Origin: Oligoflexia bacterium
Lineage (GTDB): Bacteria > Bdellovibrionota > UBA1018
Assembly: GCA_963758495.1 (NCBI GenBank)
Contig: CAVWVI010000003.1
Coordinates: 1,504,001-1,568,000 of the forward strand
Length of the DNA stretch: 64,000 bases
Direction: 5' to 3'
Shown here: one piece after another, positions 10,764 through 20,771 of the stretch
How positions within the stretch are numbered: position 1 is the first letter of the stretch
Layout: each line of letters opens with the position of its first letter
Made by a program: the position numbers and the translations under genes
The notes under the pieces: generated by a model
What the model was told of the DNA's origin: nothing
Databases searched by the model: none
What the model saw: only the letters and a program-made list of their open reading frames with translations

Positions 10764-12720
10764 GATGCTGACTGGTAGGGAGTTTTGCAGACGCTTTTGG
10801 TGAGATATGGGTAGTCCAAAAGTAATTAAAATCTTTGTGTAAGGAACCCTTGAGTTGTCGGGAATACCAGATGTAATTTCTGACAATGCCGGCGACATAT
10901 TCGCGTGTTTCACGATAAGGTATGGTTTCGATAAATTCCTGCATACTGACCTGGGCAGGGGCGCATTTAATCCATCGATCCACGGCTTTGGGACCCGCAT
11001 TATAACCGGCTAATGCCAAAGAGATATTGCCGTTAAAATATTTTAATAATTTTTTGAGATAAAGAATCCCTACTTTAATATTTCCGTCGGCCTCCAAAAG
11101 TCTTACAGAACTGACCGTGGAATCAGTATCGCTGGCTGTTCCTGGCATGAGCTGCATCAATCCGAGCGCGCCTACAGGTGATTTTACTTTTTCGTCAAAT
11201 CCTGATTCCTGCTTGATTAGACTTAAAACAAGAATGGGATCTAAGTCGTTTTGAACAGCATATTTTTTTATTAAATCTAAAAAATCGACAGGAAAAATAA
11301 TTTGCAACCCGTAAGAAGAAAGAACTCCGTCGTACCCGCGTTGAATGAGTTCAGTGATGACTTGAAAATTCGAATTATAATTTTTTGCTTTAGAATTTAA
11401 CATGGCTAGATAAACAAGAAACGGGCTGGAGAGTCCTTCGCGAGGTTTGAGAGCTTTGAGTTCATAAGTGGCGAGCTCATAAGCGCCTTCCGCTACTAAG
11501 TGTTGCGCTCTATTGAGATGAAACTGTTCGGGAGGTTGAAGAGCTGAATCATTTTCTGTCGCCATTGGAATGGTCATGCTGATAACTGAGTCAATAGGTT
11601 TTCCGCTGAGTTGGGACGCAAGAAGTCCATAGTAGCTCAGGGGAGAATCGTTTTGAAGTTCCGTAAGTACCGTTATCGCTTCAGCGTGCACTCCATCGTG
11701 CTCAAGAGATTGAGCTAACCAATATCGAGCTCTCAGGCGATGAGTGGAGCGAGGATAGTCATCTAGGAATTGTCTGAAGTTTTTAATGGCTACACTATAT
11801 TTCCTATCGAGATAGGATTTCATAGCAGCATCAAATGCCAATTGATCTAAGTCGGGAGCTTTATAGGGAATAGTCAGTTTATTCGCTATTCGATAGGTTT
11901 TCGTCTTTTCGGGAGTGAGTGAGGTAAATGCTGAAATCGCTTTAAATTCATTTGATTTTTTAAGGTACACACCGAGGAGTGTTCGAAGCCAACTTGTACA
12001 GAGCGGACCTGATTTCTTTTGGCAGCTCTCCGCGTATTTTCCTAAATGATAAGAATCAATTAAAGAAAGTTGATTTTGGGATTGGAGCCGATGAAAGGCA
12101 TGTTCAAAGCTGTTTTGCGCGAGCAGCCATTTGCGACTTCCCCAATAAGAATCTCCGATCAAGAGTTCTCCTTGGGCAAGGGAACTAGGCACAGTTCGGA
12201 TAAAAGGAGACTCAGGATTTTCTTTTATAATCTGTAAATTGAGAGCAATGGATTTTTTGGCTGCACCGAATACTTTAGTGTAGCTTTTCTTACTCATGAG
12301 TTTCTCTGCCTCTGAGAGATAAGCGGAGGCAGAAATCCAATAACCATAATCTGAATAAGTAGGATCTGTTTGAATTTTTGTGGCAAGCTTAATGGCTTGG
12401 GTAAACTGTTCTTTTTTAAATGCTTCAAAAGCCTGTTTTAATATCCGTACTTTTTTAGAAGAATAATTTTTTATTAGAGTTTGTTGAAGACGATCCACCG
12501 GTGATAATGCCTCGACACAAGATGGTGACGGAAGTAACGATGGATGTGGAGACGGGTTTGACGGAGACGGATTTAATGGAGAGGGATTTAATAATGGACG
12601 AGGTGCTTGAATCGTAGGACCAGCGTAAAGAGAAGCTGGAAAGAACGGTAACGTTAATGTTACCGTTAAGGATAATAAAACTGAGACTAGTATTGGAATA
12701 AATTGGTAAGTTCGAGCCAT
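10738..12720 (-). CDS. Soluble lytic transglycosylase (Slt family) with TPR repeats
   Basis: Signal peptide, Pro-rich linker, TPR-like segment; IKQES, GALGLMQLMP, AGYNAG, IPYRETREYV. Confidence 0.92.
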   Translation of the reverse strand: MARTYQFIPILVSVLLSLTVTLTLPFFPASLYAGPTIQAPRPLLNPSPLNPSPSNPSPHPSLLPSPSCVEALSPVDRLQQTLIKNYSSKKVRILKQAFEAFKKEQFTQAIKLATKIQTDPTYSDYGYWISASAYLSEAEKLMSKKSYTKVFGAAKKSIALNLQIIKENPESPFIRTVPSSLAQGELLIGDSYWGSRKWLLAQNSFEHAFHRLQSQNQLSLIDSYHLGKYAESCQKKSGPLCTSWLRTLLGVYLKKSNEFKAISAFTSLTPEKTKTYRIANKLTIPYKAPDLDQLAFDAAMKSYLDRKYSVAIKNFRQFLDDYPRSTHRLRARYWLAQSLEHDGVHAEAITVLTELQNDSPLSYYGLLASQLSGKPIDSVISMTIPMATENDSALQPPEQFHLNRAQHLVAEGAYELATYELKALKPREGLSSPFLVYLAMLNSKAKNYNSNFQVITELIQRGYDGVLSSYGLQIIFPVDFLDLIKKYAVQNDLDPILVLSLIKQESGFDEKVKSPVGALGLMQLMPGTASDTDSTVSSVRLLEADGNIKVGILYLKKLLKYFNGNISLALAGYNAGPKAVDRWIKCAPAQVSMQEFIETIPYRETREYVAGIVRNYIWYSRQLKGSLHKDFNYFWTTHISPKASAKLPTSQHLKRQNGNA

Positions 12721-12757
12721 TTGATTGCTAATCTAACAGCTTAATTCATTTGATGTT

Positions 12758-13336
12758 CTAGTTTTTTTCAATTTCTTGCAAAGCGGCTAATGCTGCGTCG
12801 AGTTCATTCTTGGCTTCTTGCAAGCTCTTGGCTTCTGGCAAAGAAGATAAGATTATTGCTTTTTCAATTCTTGGAATAGCCGCCTGAGCCAATTCGCGAG
12901 TTTTTAAAACTCTCGTCATTACGCCCTCCATCATGCCGTTGTAGTCTTCGGCCAGCTCTGGGAAATAATCCCCTTTTCGGAACCTGAGTCTTTGCTCAAT
13001 ATTTCCTGTTCGAGCCTCTTGAAAGAACTTTCTCAGTCGATACAGAGGACCTGCGATTTTATGAGACATGAAAATGCTGACTAAAAAAGTCAGAATAATC
13101 AAAATCCCTTGCATCAATACGAGCAGCCAAAGGAGATCAGACCTAGTTTTTTCCAGACCCGCTATGGCAGGGCCCATTGGATCCGCCGCTACATATCGAA
13201 TAAAATAATCAAAAAGAGTCGAAATCACCATGACGTAGGCAAAGCTGAGTGCGATGAGCCATGAGCAGACATAGAATGCGAAACGAAACTGAAATCTCTT
13301 ATTAATTAAGAAGATTCTTCTTTTGAAGCCGCTCAT
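12758..13336 (-). CDS. Two-TM HAMP-domain membrane protein
   Basis: Likely start MSGFKRRIFLINKRFQ; two TM helices; SHKIAGPLYRL...RKGDYFPELAEDYN HAMP-like segment. Confidence 0.7.
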   Translation of the reverse strand: MSGFKRRIFLINKRFQFRFAFYVCSWLIALSFAYVMVISTLFDYFIRYVAADPMGPAIAGLEKTRSDLLWLLVLMQGILIILTFLVSIFMSHKIAGPLYRLRKFFQEARTGNIEQRLRFRKGDYFPELAEDYNGMMEGVMTRVLKTRELAQAAIPRIEKAIILSSLPEAKSLQEAKNELDAALAALQEIEKN

Positions 13337-13527
13337 ATCCTGAAGTCGCTCATATTCTAAAATCTTAACGCTTCTTATGACCCTGTGCCAAGATTTCTTC
13401 CAAAAAGGGTATTTTCCAAGCAAAGGATGGATGTCCTCTTTGCAGGCGATGGCTATTTTCCAGATGCGATGGATGCTTTGCAGAGGCTTTAGTTACTTTG
13501 CATGTAGTGCAGGGAGTGTGGCGGTTA

Positions 13528-13845
13528 CTACTTTCCTGGCATCTTCAGTCTCTCCACGGGATGACCCCCCACAATGTGGGATTGAACGATTTCAGCTACG
13601 TCAGATGGAGTTACATTCCCGTACCAGACATTATCTGGGTAGACGACGATAGCAGGGCCAAATTCGCACGCATCCAGGCACCCTGCTTTTTGGGCCCTTA
13701 CCTCTTTGGCAAGCCCTGCTTTAGCTAGTTCTTGCTTGAATAGTGGAATCAACTGCTCAGAATTTTTGGCTTTACAGCATCCCCTGGGGTGGCCAGGAGG
13801 TCTTTCGTTAGTGCAAATAAAAATGTGTGCTTTAAGTTTTGTCAT
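13528..13845 (-). CDS. Thioredoxin-like [2Fe-2S] ferredoxin
   Basis: HIFICTNER...GCC...AGCLDACEFGPAIVVYPDNVWY. Confidence 0.92.
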   Translation of the reverse strand: MTKLKAHIFICTNERPPGHPRGCCKAKNSEQLIPLFKQELAKAGLAKEVRAQKAGCLDACEFGPAIVVYPDNVWYGNVTPSDVAEIVQSHIVGGHPVERLKMPGK

Positions 13846-13990
13846 ATAATGATAATAATCAAGTATAGTTTTAGAAACATTTTATTAATCAGTCACTTTC
13901 TAATTGACGACACTAGACAAAGCAACGAGTTTAGATTAATGAAAGATGCTAAGTTTTATATGTTTGTCTGCTGAGCTCAGTTTTTAATAT

Positions 13991-14065
13991 TCAGGAGTAG
14001 CTCAGTGGTAGAGCAGCCGGCTGTTAACCGGCTGGTCGGGGGTTCGAATCCCTCCTCCTGAGCCA
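13991..14065 (+). tRNA. tRNA-Asn(GTT)
   Basis: TCAGGAG acceptor stem, TAGCTCAGTGGTAGAGC D-arm, GCCGG-CTGTTAA-CCGGC, GGTTCGAATCC, ending CTCCTGAGCCA. Confidence 0.97.
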
Positions 14066-14077
14066 TTATTCAGCACC

Positions 14078-14120
14078 AAATCCCTCGTAGATCATTGAAT
14101 CTACGGGGGATTTTTATTTT
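14078..14120 (+). terminator. Intrinsic terminator-like hairpin after tRNA-Asn
   Basis: AAATCCCTCGTAGAT / ATCTACGGGGGATTT stem followed by a T-rich tract. Confidence 0.75.
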
Positions 14121-14197
14121 GTGGGTGTGGACGTGGTGCAGAATGTTCGGTCGTGATTTCAGGTACCTATACGATTTGGTGCAGAGGCTCGTTTTTT

Positions 14198-14518
14198 ATG
14201 AAATGGAATGAATTGGATCTGAAAATCTCGTTGTCTCCATCGCAGGCTGTAGCCATGCAGGCGATGATTGAGAAGTTTCTCGCGAGAAAACAGCACTTTT
14301 TTTGTGAGCCGGTCCTTGAGAGCAATACGTTAAAAATAAATTCTAGCGACTTCATCAACTTCTTGGATCAGGCGGAATTTGGGAATGAGTTTGATCAGTT
14401 CAGATTAAAAGCGGCGGCAGTAAAGGCGATCTGCGCAGCGAAGGTCCGAAAACGGGACCCTCTTGTAGTCCAACATTATCGACGTTGCGAAGAAATCGTG
14501 CGTGAATTAAATCGCTGA
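14198..14518 (+). CDS. Hypothetical protein
   Basis: ORF with likely start MKWNELDL, co-oriented 22 bp upstream of the ABC-3C effector; no recognised motif. Confidence 0.5.
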   Translation: MKWNELDLKISLSPSQAVAMQAMIEKFLARKQHFFCEPVLESNTLKINSSDFINFLDQAEFGNEFDQFRLKAAAVKAICAAKVRKRDPLVVQHYRRCEEIVRELNR

Positions 14519-14540
14519 ACAATATAAGGTTTCAACCAAT

Positions 14541-15487
14541 ATGATTAGCGAACAGAGGTACATTGCTCGGCTACTTTTCAAGAATAAAGTTCTGAAGAGT
14601 GATGGCCAGGCTTTCGAGGACCTTTTCACTGCTATCATGACCAAGGCCAATCCCAACTTTACTCCGGTGAAACCTCAGGGGTCAATTGGCGATCGAAAAA
14701 ATGACGGCTGGGATAGAACAAAGGGGATTTATTACCAAGTTTATGCGCCGGAAAACCTAACTGCAAAACAATCTGATGCGATCAATAAACTTGAAGAAGA
14801 TTTTAAAGGCCTCAAGGCTGCGTGGAACGATATTGTTCCGATTCGAGAATTTCATTACGTTTTGAATGACAAGGGCAAGGGTTCCTATCCGACGCTTGAA
14901 GTGGCTTTAGCCAACATTAAGCGTGACCATTCATTGGACGAAGCACTGCCATTCCTCATCAAGGACCTCGAGGAGGCGGTTTTCTCTCTTAGTGACGACG
15001 TAATTTTTGAAATTATTGGTCACGTTCCGTCGCCAACTTTAATAGAGAACATCCAATTCTCCGCCTTGAACGAGGTTGTTGATCATCTACATAAGCATGG
15101 AAAAGGCCTAACCCGAGACGACGTATTAAATGCTCCTGATTTTGAAGATAAAATCAGGATAACGGCTTAACTCAGCCCATCGCGGCTATGTTGCAAACAG
15201 CAAGTTATCAGGTCGGGGAAATAGAGCGATATTTCGGGATGAACAGCCAATACGCAAAGGATGATTTGAAAGCATACTTTGTGGCGTGCTATCTAGCCGC
15301 GAAAAATCAATGGAAGGACGAAGGCGAGTCTACAAGAGCTGATCAGGTATTCTTTTCTGTTCTCGATCAAGCGGTTCCGAAAAACTCTCGTCCTTATCAG
15401 GATGCGGCTCTTGTTGTGATGGCCTACTTTTTTGAGGCTTGCGATATTTTCGAAGCACCTGGGGGCGGCCATGTTGCTACCCACTAA
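14541..15487 (+). pseudogene. ABC-three-component/Lamassu-type effector (restriction-endonuclease-like N-terminus plus CTD), frameshifted near 15160
   Basis: GQAFEDLF...GDRKNDG...YYQVYAP nuclease-like motifs; C-terminal YFFEACDIFE. The frames join as FEDKIR-(at)-NGLTQPIAAMLQ if one base is added. Confidence 0.75.
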
Positions 15488-15719
15488 ACACACAAAACTG
15501 GGAGAGTCGATTTTGGGTTTGGGTTCTTTCGTTCTTGGAGCGCTGACGAAACCAAAAACAATCGATGAGCTATGGGCCGAGTTTCAAGCTGTGAATAACA
15601 CCGATGCGTTTCCGGCCCATCATTCATTCGACAATTTAGTTTTAGCCCTAGATTTTTTGTTCATGACAGGTGTGGTCGCTCAAGAGGAGCGAGGAAAGTT
15701 CAGACGTGAAGCTCGTTAG
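15471..15719 (+). CDS. ABC-three-component system middle component (LmuC-like)
   Basis: MLLPTKH...SILGLG...TIDELW...LVLALDFLF; overlaps both neighbouring genes. Confidence 0.75.
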   Translation: MLLPTKHTKLGESILGLGSFVLGALTKPKTIDELWAEFQAVNNTDAFPAHHSFDNLVLALDFLFMTGVVAQEERGKFRREAR

Positions 15720-17427
15720 GCTTTTTGCAAACAAGCCGAGTTTTCACCCTGTGAAATTCAACCCCACAGGACTGACGCTCATTCTTGGCAAAGAGGCTGG
15801 GTCTGGTGAAAAGAAGAAGACCTATAATGGCGTTGGAAAATCGTTAATCATACGGCTGGTTGATTTCTGTTTGGGCTGTAAAGCCATAGAGTCCTTTGAA
15901 AAGAATCTGCCTGGCTGGGAATTTTCACTGACCTTCGAGATAAATGGAACCGAGCATACTGCCTCCCGGGCTACACTTGCTCAGTCGGCAATAGTCCTTG
16001 ATGACAAAGAAATAAAACTTGATGAATATAAGAAGTTCCTCGAAGAAAATGTTTTCGATTTAGAGTCCGACTTATCTCTCTCATTTCGTTCTCTTATTTC
16101 GCGATTCCTTCGCCCGAGTAAAGCAGCATATACCAAGCCCGAGATATTTGGTGCTAAGGAACAGCCATATAACTGTCTTCTGAATAACGGATTTTTACTT
16201 GGTCTTGACCCGCATCTAATTAAGGCTAAGCGTGACAAAAAGAAAGAATTGGATGACACGTTTACCAAAAAGCAAAACTTCGATAAGGACCCAATTCTTC
16301 GAGAATTCTATTCTGGCACAAAAGATGCCGATTTAGAGCTTCAGGCATTGGACGAAAAAATTGCCGCATTAGATCGCAACCTCGCAGTTTTTGATGTAGC
16401 TGAAGACTACCATCAAATTCGAGCCGAAGCTGATTTGTGTTCTAAGAAGACTCGCGACCTCGAAAACACAGCGGTCGTTTATCAAAATTCCATTTCTAAC
16501 ATTGAGCAATCACTTAAGACTCGCGCAGATATCCCAAAAGAACGAGTTATTCGGCTTTACGAGGAAGCGCAATTTCATTTTTCTGATAAAAATCTTCGCT
16601 CCCTAGACGAAGTTCTCGAATTCCAAGCCACCCTTCTTGCTAATCGCAAGAAAAGACTGCTCGAGCAGAAAAAAGCGCTCTCGGAACGTCTATCTAAGGC
16701 CGAGCAAGAGAGAAAGGAATTGGGAAAGAAGCTCGATGAGGCTCTAAAATACCTAAATTCACACAGGGCGCTTGATGATTTTGTAGCAGTGTCGAATCAT
16801 CGAAACGATTTAAATGCACGAGTAGGAAAAATAAGGGATTACCAACAACTCATCAAACAATATGAATTGAGATTAGAAGAAATCAAGATCGACTTAAAGC
16901 GCCAAAACATCAAAGCCCAGAGATATCTTGACGAACACCAAGCGGCAATAGATCAGAACACCAGTCTTTTTCGAGTTCTCGCGAAGCGTTTCTATCAAGA
17001 AAAACAAGGTAGAATTTCGATTTCAAACAACGACGGTGAAAATCAGCAACGCTTTAACATTGAAGCCAAGATCCAAGACGACGCTTCTGATGGAATCAAC
17101 GAAGTAAAAATTTTCTGTTTTGACCTCACCATCCTCCTTGCTCGACAGGGACATAAGGTTGACTTTCTATTTCATGACAGCCGACTTTTTGCCGACATTG
17201 ATTACCGTCAGCGCGAAACCCTTTTTAGGGTGGTACATGAATATAGCAATGCTAAGGGATTTCAATACATTGCCTCCGTAAATGAAGATCAGATAAATTC
17301 CTTCAAACAGAATCTGACCGAGCAGGAATACAAGGAGATCATCACCGACAGCGTGACATTGGAACTTACCGATGAATCTCCAAAGAATAAGCTGCTAGGC
17401 ATCGAGATTGATATGGATTACGAATAA
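15706..17427 (+). CDS. SMC-like ABC ATPase, DUF2326 family (Lamassu LmuB-like)
   Basis: Walker A NGVGKS, long coiled coil, SDG...KIFCFDL, FLFHDS Walker B-like; GTG start. Confidence 0.85.
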   Translation: MKLVRLFANKPSFHPVKFNPTGLTLILGKEAGSGEKKKTYNGVGKSLIIRLVDFCLGCKAIESFEKNLPGWEFSLTFEINGTEHTASRATLAQSAIVLDDKEIKLDEYKKFLEENVFDLESDLSLSFRSLISRFLRPSKAAYTKPEIFGAKEQPYNCLLNNGFLLGLDPHLIKAKRDKKKELDDTFTKKQNFDKDPILREFYSGTKDADLELQALDEKIAALDRNLAVFDVAEDYHQIRAEADLCSKKTRDLENTAVVYQNSISNIEQSLKTRADIPKERVIRLYEEAQFHFSDKNLRSLDEVLEFQATLLANRKKRLLEQKKALSERLSKAEQERKELGKKLDEALKYLNSHRALDDFVAVSNHRNDLNARVGKIRDYQQLIKQYELRLEEIKIDLKRQNIKAQRYLDEHQAAIDQNTSLFRVLAKRFYQEKQGRISISNNDGENQQRFNIEAKIQDDASDGINEVKIFCFDLTILLARQGHKVDFLFHDSRLFADIDYRQRETLFRVVHEYSNAKGFQYIASVNEDQINSFKQNLTEQEYKEIITDSVTLELTDESPKNKLLGIEIDMDYE

Positions 17428-17434
17428 GCGTCGA

Positions 17435-18215
17435 TTACTCAATCAACGAAATCCCCTCCCGCAACTGTTCTTCACTCTTCAAGTCCTTCTGAATTTGCTC
17501 CCATAGGTGGATGTACCTTTTAGTGGTGCTGATATCCGCATGACCGAGCACAAGTGAGCACAGAAAAATATTTCCCATGACCATTCCCGTAAATTCTGTG
17601 GCAAACGTATGTCGGCAACAGTGTGGCGTATAAGGCCCGATCTTATGACGACTACAGATCGACCTGAGATAATTACCAAAGACGTTTTTGTTCAAACCGT
17701 CAAAGAGCAGGTAGTTCTTTGGATCAGCTCCGTAAGGTTGTTTCTTGAAAAGCTCCTTCTGCTGAAGCCAGAGCTCGGCCAGAATGTTGAACGTTTCTTT
17801 ATTGAGAATTGGGATCGTCCGTCCATGCTGGGACGAGATAACCCTTTTTCCTTTGAGCGGTTTCCGAGCGACGATTCCATCGGCGCTTCTGAGCGCAAAC
17901 CTGCATCCGGGTTGGCTTTCCAAAACAAGATAGCCAAAATACTGGATCCCCTCTTTCTTGAGTTGGGCAGCCAGGCTTTTATTGGAGATCTCACCCTTGA
18001 ACAGGTCATCCAATGAAAGACCAAGCCCTTCATTGATCCTCAGACCGGTATCAACCAGAACTTTGAAGAAGTAGGCCGCTAACTTGGATTGCTCATGTAG
18101 GGCGGGATAGATGATTTCCTTCTCCGATGGTGAAATCACGGACTCCGCGTCTTTCTGGTTTTCAAGGTGTCTTGCGAATTGTGGGCATTGATCGAGTCGC
18201 TCGATCTTGTTCTTA
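17435..18215 (-). pseudogene. Tyrosine recombinase/integrase, catalytic domain only, 5' truncated by IS21
   Basis: TGLRINE, HCCRHTFAT, LGHADISTTKRY; the reading frame begins at the IS left end. Confidence 0.85.
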
Positions 18216-18369
18216 TGCAAAATTTCATTATAGGGATCACCCCGATTTCAAGTTAGGGATCACCTCAATTTCATCGTAGGGATCACCCTGATTTCACTAT
18301 TGGGATCACCCCTCGGAGCGCCAAAACAGGCGGGTGTATAGTCCTCTTCAATTAAAAAGGAGAGAACTG

Positions 18370-19881
18370 ATGGCCCGGAAAGGATTAACTGTGGCGCGTG
18401 TAGAGGATATTAAAAGACTCATTAGAGAGGGACAATCAAACAAGTTTATAGCGCGAGCTCTGAAGTGTCGGAGGACACTAGTTGCAGATCTTAGAACCCA
18501 AATGGATCAACCTAATGAAGAATTAGCGAGTCCAGCTAAAAGCCCACTTTGGATTGAACTTGTAGACTGGATAGAGATAGCTAAAGAAATTTCCCTAGGA
18601 TTTGAACTCCTAAGAATATGGGAGGAGAAGGCAAGCCCAGTCACGAGTTATTCGAATTTCTGGAAGACTCTGCAGCGTAAGTTTCCCCACCTACTCAAAG
18701 CAACAGTGACCTTAAGAGACTTCGCTCCCGGAAGTCAATGTGAGGTGGACTATGCCGGAGATAAGATTGAATGGATCAATTCTCAAGGTGAGATTCATTA
18801 TGCGCATATTTTTATCGGGGCACTGGCTTTCAGTCAGTATTTGTTTGCCTGGGCCTCTGAAGATGAAAAGAGTCGAAACTGGCTATTGGCCCATCAAAAA
18901 ATGTACACTCACTTCCAGGGTGTCCCAGCCGTTACAGTCTGTGATTGCCTTAAGAACGGTGTAATTAAAGCCCACCGATATGATCCAGATCTGAATCCAG
19001 CTTATACTGAATTGGCAACTCATTACGGAACAGCAATTGTTCCAGCAAGGCCCCGACGCCCAAAGGACAAGCCTATCGTCGAAGGAGCTGTGAAATTGAT
19101 CATGAGACTATTCAGGTGGAACTATAGACGACACACGTTCTTCTCTCTTGATGAAATTAACAGAGCACTTTCTGAAGTGGTGAAGCAGATCAATGAAAGA
19201 AGTCATACACGATTTAAAACTTCTCGATTGGAGCGCTGGCAGCTTCTTGAAAAGAAGGCTCTGAAGGCTCTCCCTGATTCTCCATTTGAATCCATTGAAT
19301 GGACAAAAGCAAGAGTCCACCCTGATTCCACCATTTCTGTGGATCAAGTATTTTACTCAGTGCCATACCTTTATCGGGGAAAAGAGGTACGAGTTAAGTT
19401 AACTCAGAATCAGGTTGAGATTTTTTATGAAAATCAAAGACTAGCCATCCACGCCAGACACCGAAGACATGCCTCAAGAGTGATTCAAAATGATCATTTA
19501 CCTCCTAATTCACAAGCATATCGTGAAGCTACGCCACAGAATCTATTATCACAAGCAAGATTTATTCACTCAGATCTAAGGTCTTTAGTGGATGACTTAT
19601 TTAATGAAAATGCACTTGGGAATATTAGAAGAGTGCAGGGACTTCTGAGGGTTGCTCAGGAGGAGATCAAAAGCTCCGGAAGGGCATTGGCAGAACCTCG
19701 AATTATAAATGCCATTCAGCAGATGAGACGCTTTGAAAAAATCCGAGTGACCTACTTCCGAGAATGTCTCAATGGTCTTAAGAAACACCAATTTTCTCAG
19801 GCTCAGGATTTTAATATCCAGAGAATGCCTGGAAACCCCATGCTTCGCCAGGCAAATGCGAAGTCTGAGGTAGCAACCTAA
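18370..19881 (+). CDS. istA: IS21 transposase IstA
   Basis: DDE: EVDYAG, VCDCLK, PKDKPIVEGAV; YSVP C-terminal domain. Confidence 0.93.
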   Translation: MARKGLTVARVEDIKRLIREGQSNKFIARALKCRRTLVADLRTQMDQPNEELASPAKSPLWIELVDWIEIAKEISLGFELLRIWEEKASPVTSYSNFWKTLQRKFPHLLKATVTLRDFAPGSQCEVDYAGDKIEWINSQGEIHYAHIFIGALAFSQYLFAWASEDEKSRNWLLAHQKMYTHFQGVPAVTVCDCLKNGVIKAHRYDPDLNPAYTELATHYGTAIVPARPRRPKDKPIVEGAVKLIMRLFRWNYRRHTFFSLDEINRALSEVVKQINERSHTRFKTSRLERWQLLEKKALKALPDSPFESIEWTKARVHPDSTISVDQVFYSVPYLYRGKEVRVKLTQNQVEIFYENQRLAIHARHRRHASRVIQNDHLPPNSQAYREATPQNLLSQARFIHSDLRSLVDDLFNENALGNIRRVQGLLRVAQEEIKSSGRALAEPRIINAIQQMRRFEKIRVTYFRECLNGLKKHQFSQAQDFNIQRMPGNPMLRQANAKSEVAT

Positions 19882-19912
19882 TATTGCCGCAATCAATAAA
19901 ATAAGGAGAATA

Positions 19913-20677
19913 ATGATTATGAGTCCAACTCAAATCAGACAACTATTGTCTGAGCTCAGGTTAAATGGAATTGCAGACACACTCGAGAAAACCCTAACAG
20001 ATGGCACTCAGGCTGGGTGGAGTTACTTAGAGTTTTTAAATGTCTTACTTCAAGCAGAGTCAGACCATCGGAACAAAAAGAAAATAGAGAGCCGAATCAA
20101 GAATTCCAAGTTGAAGCGATCCGCATCCTTCGAAGACTTTGACTTCACAGCCAAAAGAAGTATTACGAAAACGCAGGTAAAAGAACTACATTCTATGAAA
20201 TGGCTCGAAGATGGCCGACCACTGCTCCTCATCGGGCAAACTGGCGTGGGTAAAACATATCTATCCCAAGCGATTGGACTCAGAGCATGTCAGTTGGGAA
20301 AAACGGTGATCTTCCTGTCGGCAAGCACATTCCTAGAGCAACAAATCCTTGCGAGAAGTACCCATAGCTATCTCAAATTCAAAGAAAAGCTCACAAAGCC
20401 CGACTTGCTCATTATTGACGATTTTGGACTTAGAAAATTTAATCCATTGGAGGCTGAAGACTTGAGAGAGATCTTAGAAGAGAGATCCTATGGGAAATCC
20501 ACTCTTGTCACTACTCAGTTACCCCTGGAACACTGGGCTGAGGTTCTTCCAGATCCAGTTCTCTCAGAAGCAATCATTGACCGAATTGAGGGGATGGCTG
20601 TTCAGATAAAAATTACTGGCGAGAGTTATAGACGAATAAAAGCAAAAAAACTTGATCAACTTAAAGAGACGCAGTAA
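19913..20677 (+). CDS. istB: IS21 helper ATPase IstB
   Basis: GQTGVGKT, LLIIDDFG, AIIDR. Confidence 0.95.
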   Translation: MIMSPTQIRQLLSELRLNGIADTLEKTLTDGTQAGWSYLEFLNVLLQAESDHRNKKKIESRIKNSKLKRSASFEDFDFTAKRSITKTQVKELHSMKWLEDGRPLLLIGQTGVGKTYLSQAIGLRACQLGKTVIFLSASTFLEQQILARSTHSYLKFKEKLTKPDLLIIDDFGLRKFNPLEAEDLREILEERSYGKSTLVTTQLPLEHWAEVLPDPVLSEAIIDRIEGMAVQIKITGESYRRIKAKKLDQLKETQ

Positions 20678-20771
20678 CAATCGTCGCTTCGCTCCGAGGG
20701 GTGATCCCTACGATGAAATTGAGGTGATCCCTAACTTGAAATCGGGGTGCTCCCATCTCTGAAATTGCGCA

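Larger units (their letters stand above)
18216..20771 (+). mobile_element. IS21-family insertion sequence (element A, apparently intact)
   Basis: TG...CA ends: TGCAAAATTTCATTATAGGGATCACCCCG vs reverse complement TGCGCAATTTCAGAGATGGGAGCACCCCG; multiple ~22-bp GGGATCACC subterminal repeats; istA and istB present. Confidence 0.93.

Noticed and set aside
12530..12610. Short degenerate 15-bp repeats
   Set aside because: They encode the PSPLN/PSPSN linker of the lytic transglycosylase.
18216..18320. ~22-bp GGGATCACC repeats resembling a mini CRISPR array or iterons
   Set aside because: They are mirrored in inverted orientation at 20690-20771, have no unique spacers, and are IS21 subterminal repeats.
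20661..20771. C-terminal tail of the 720-aa ORF and the MH start of the 261-aa integrase ORF in the track
   Set aside because: Both are read-through into IS21 terminal sequence, not native coding sequence.
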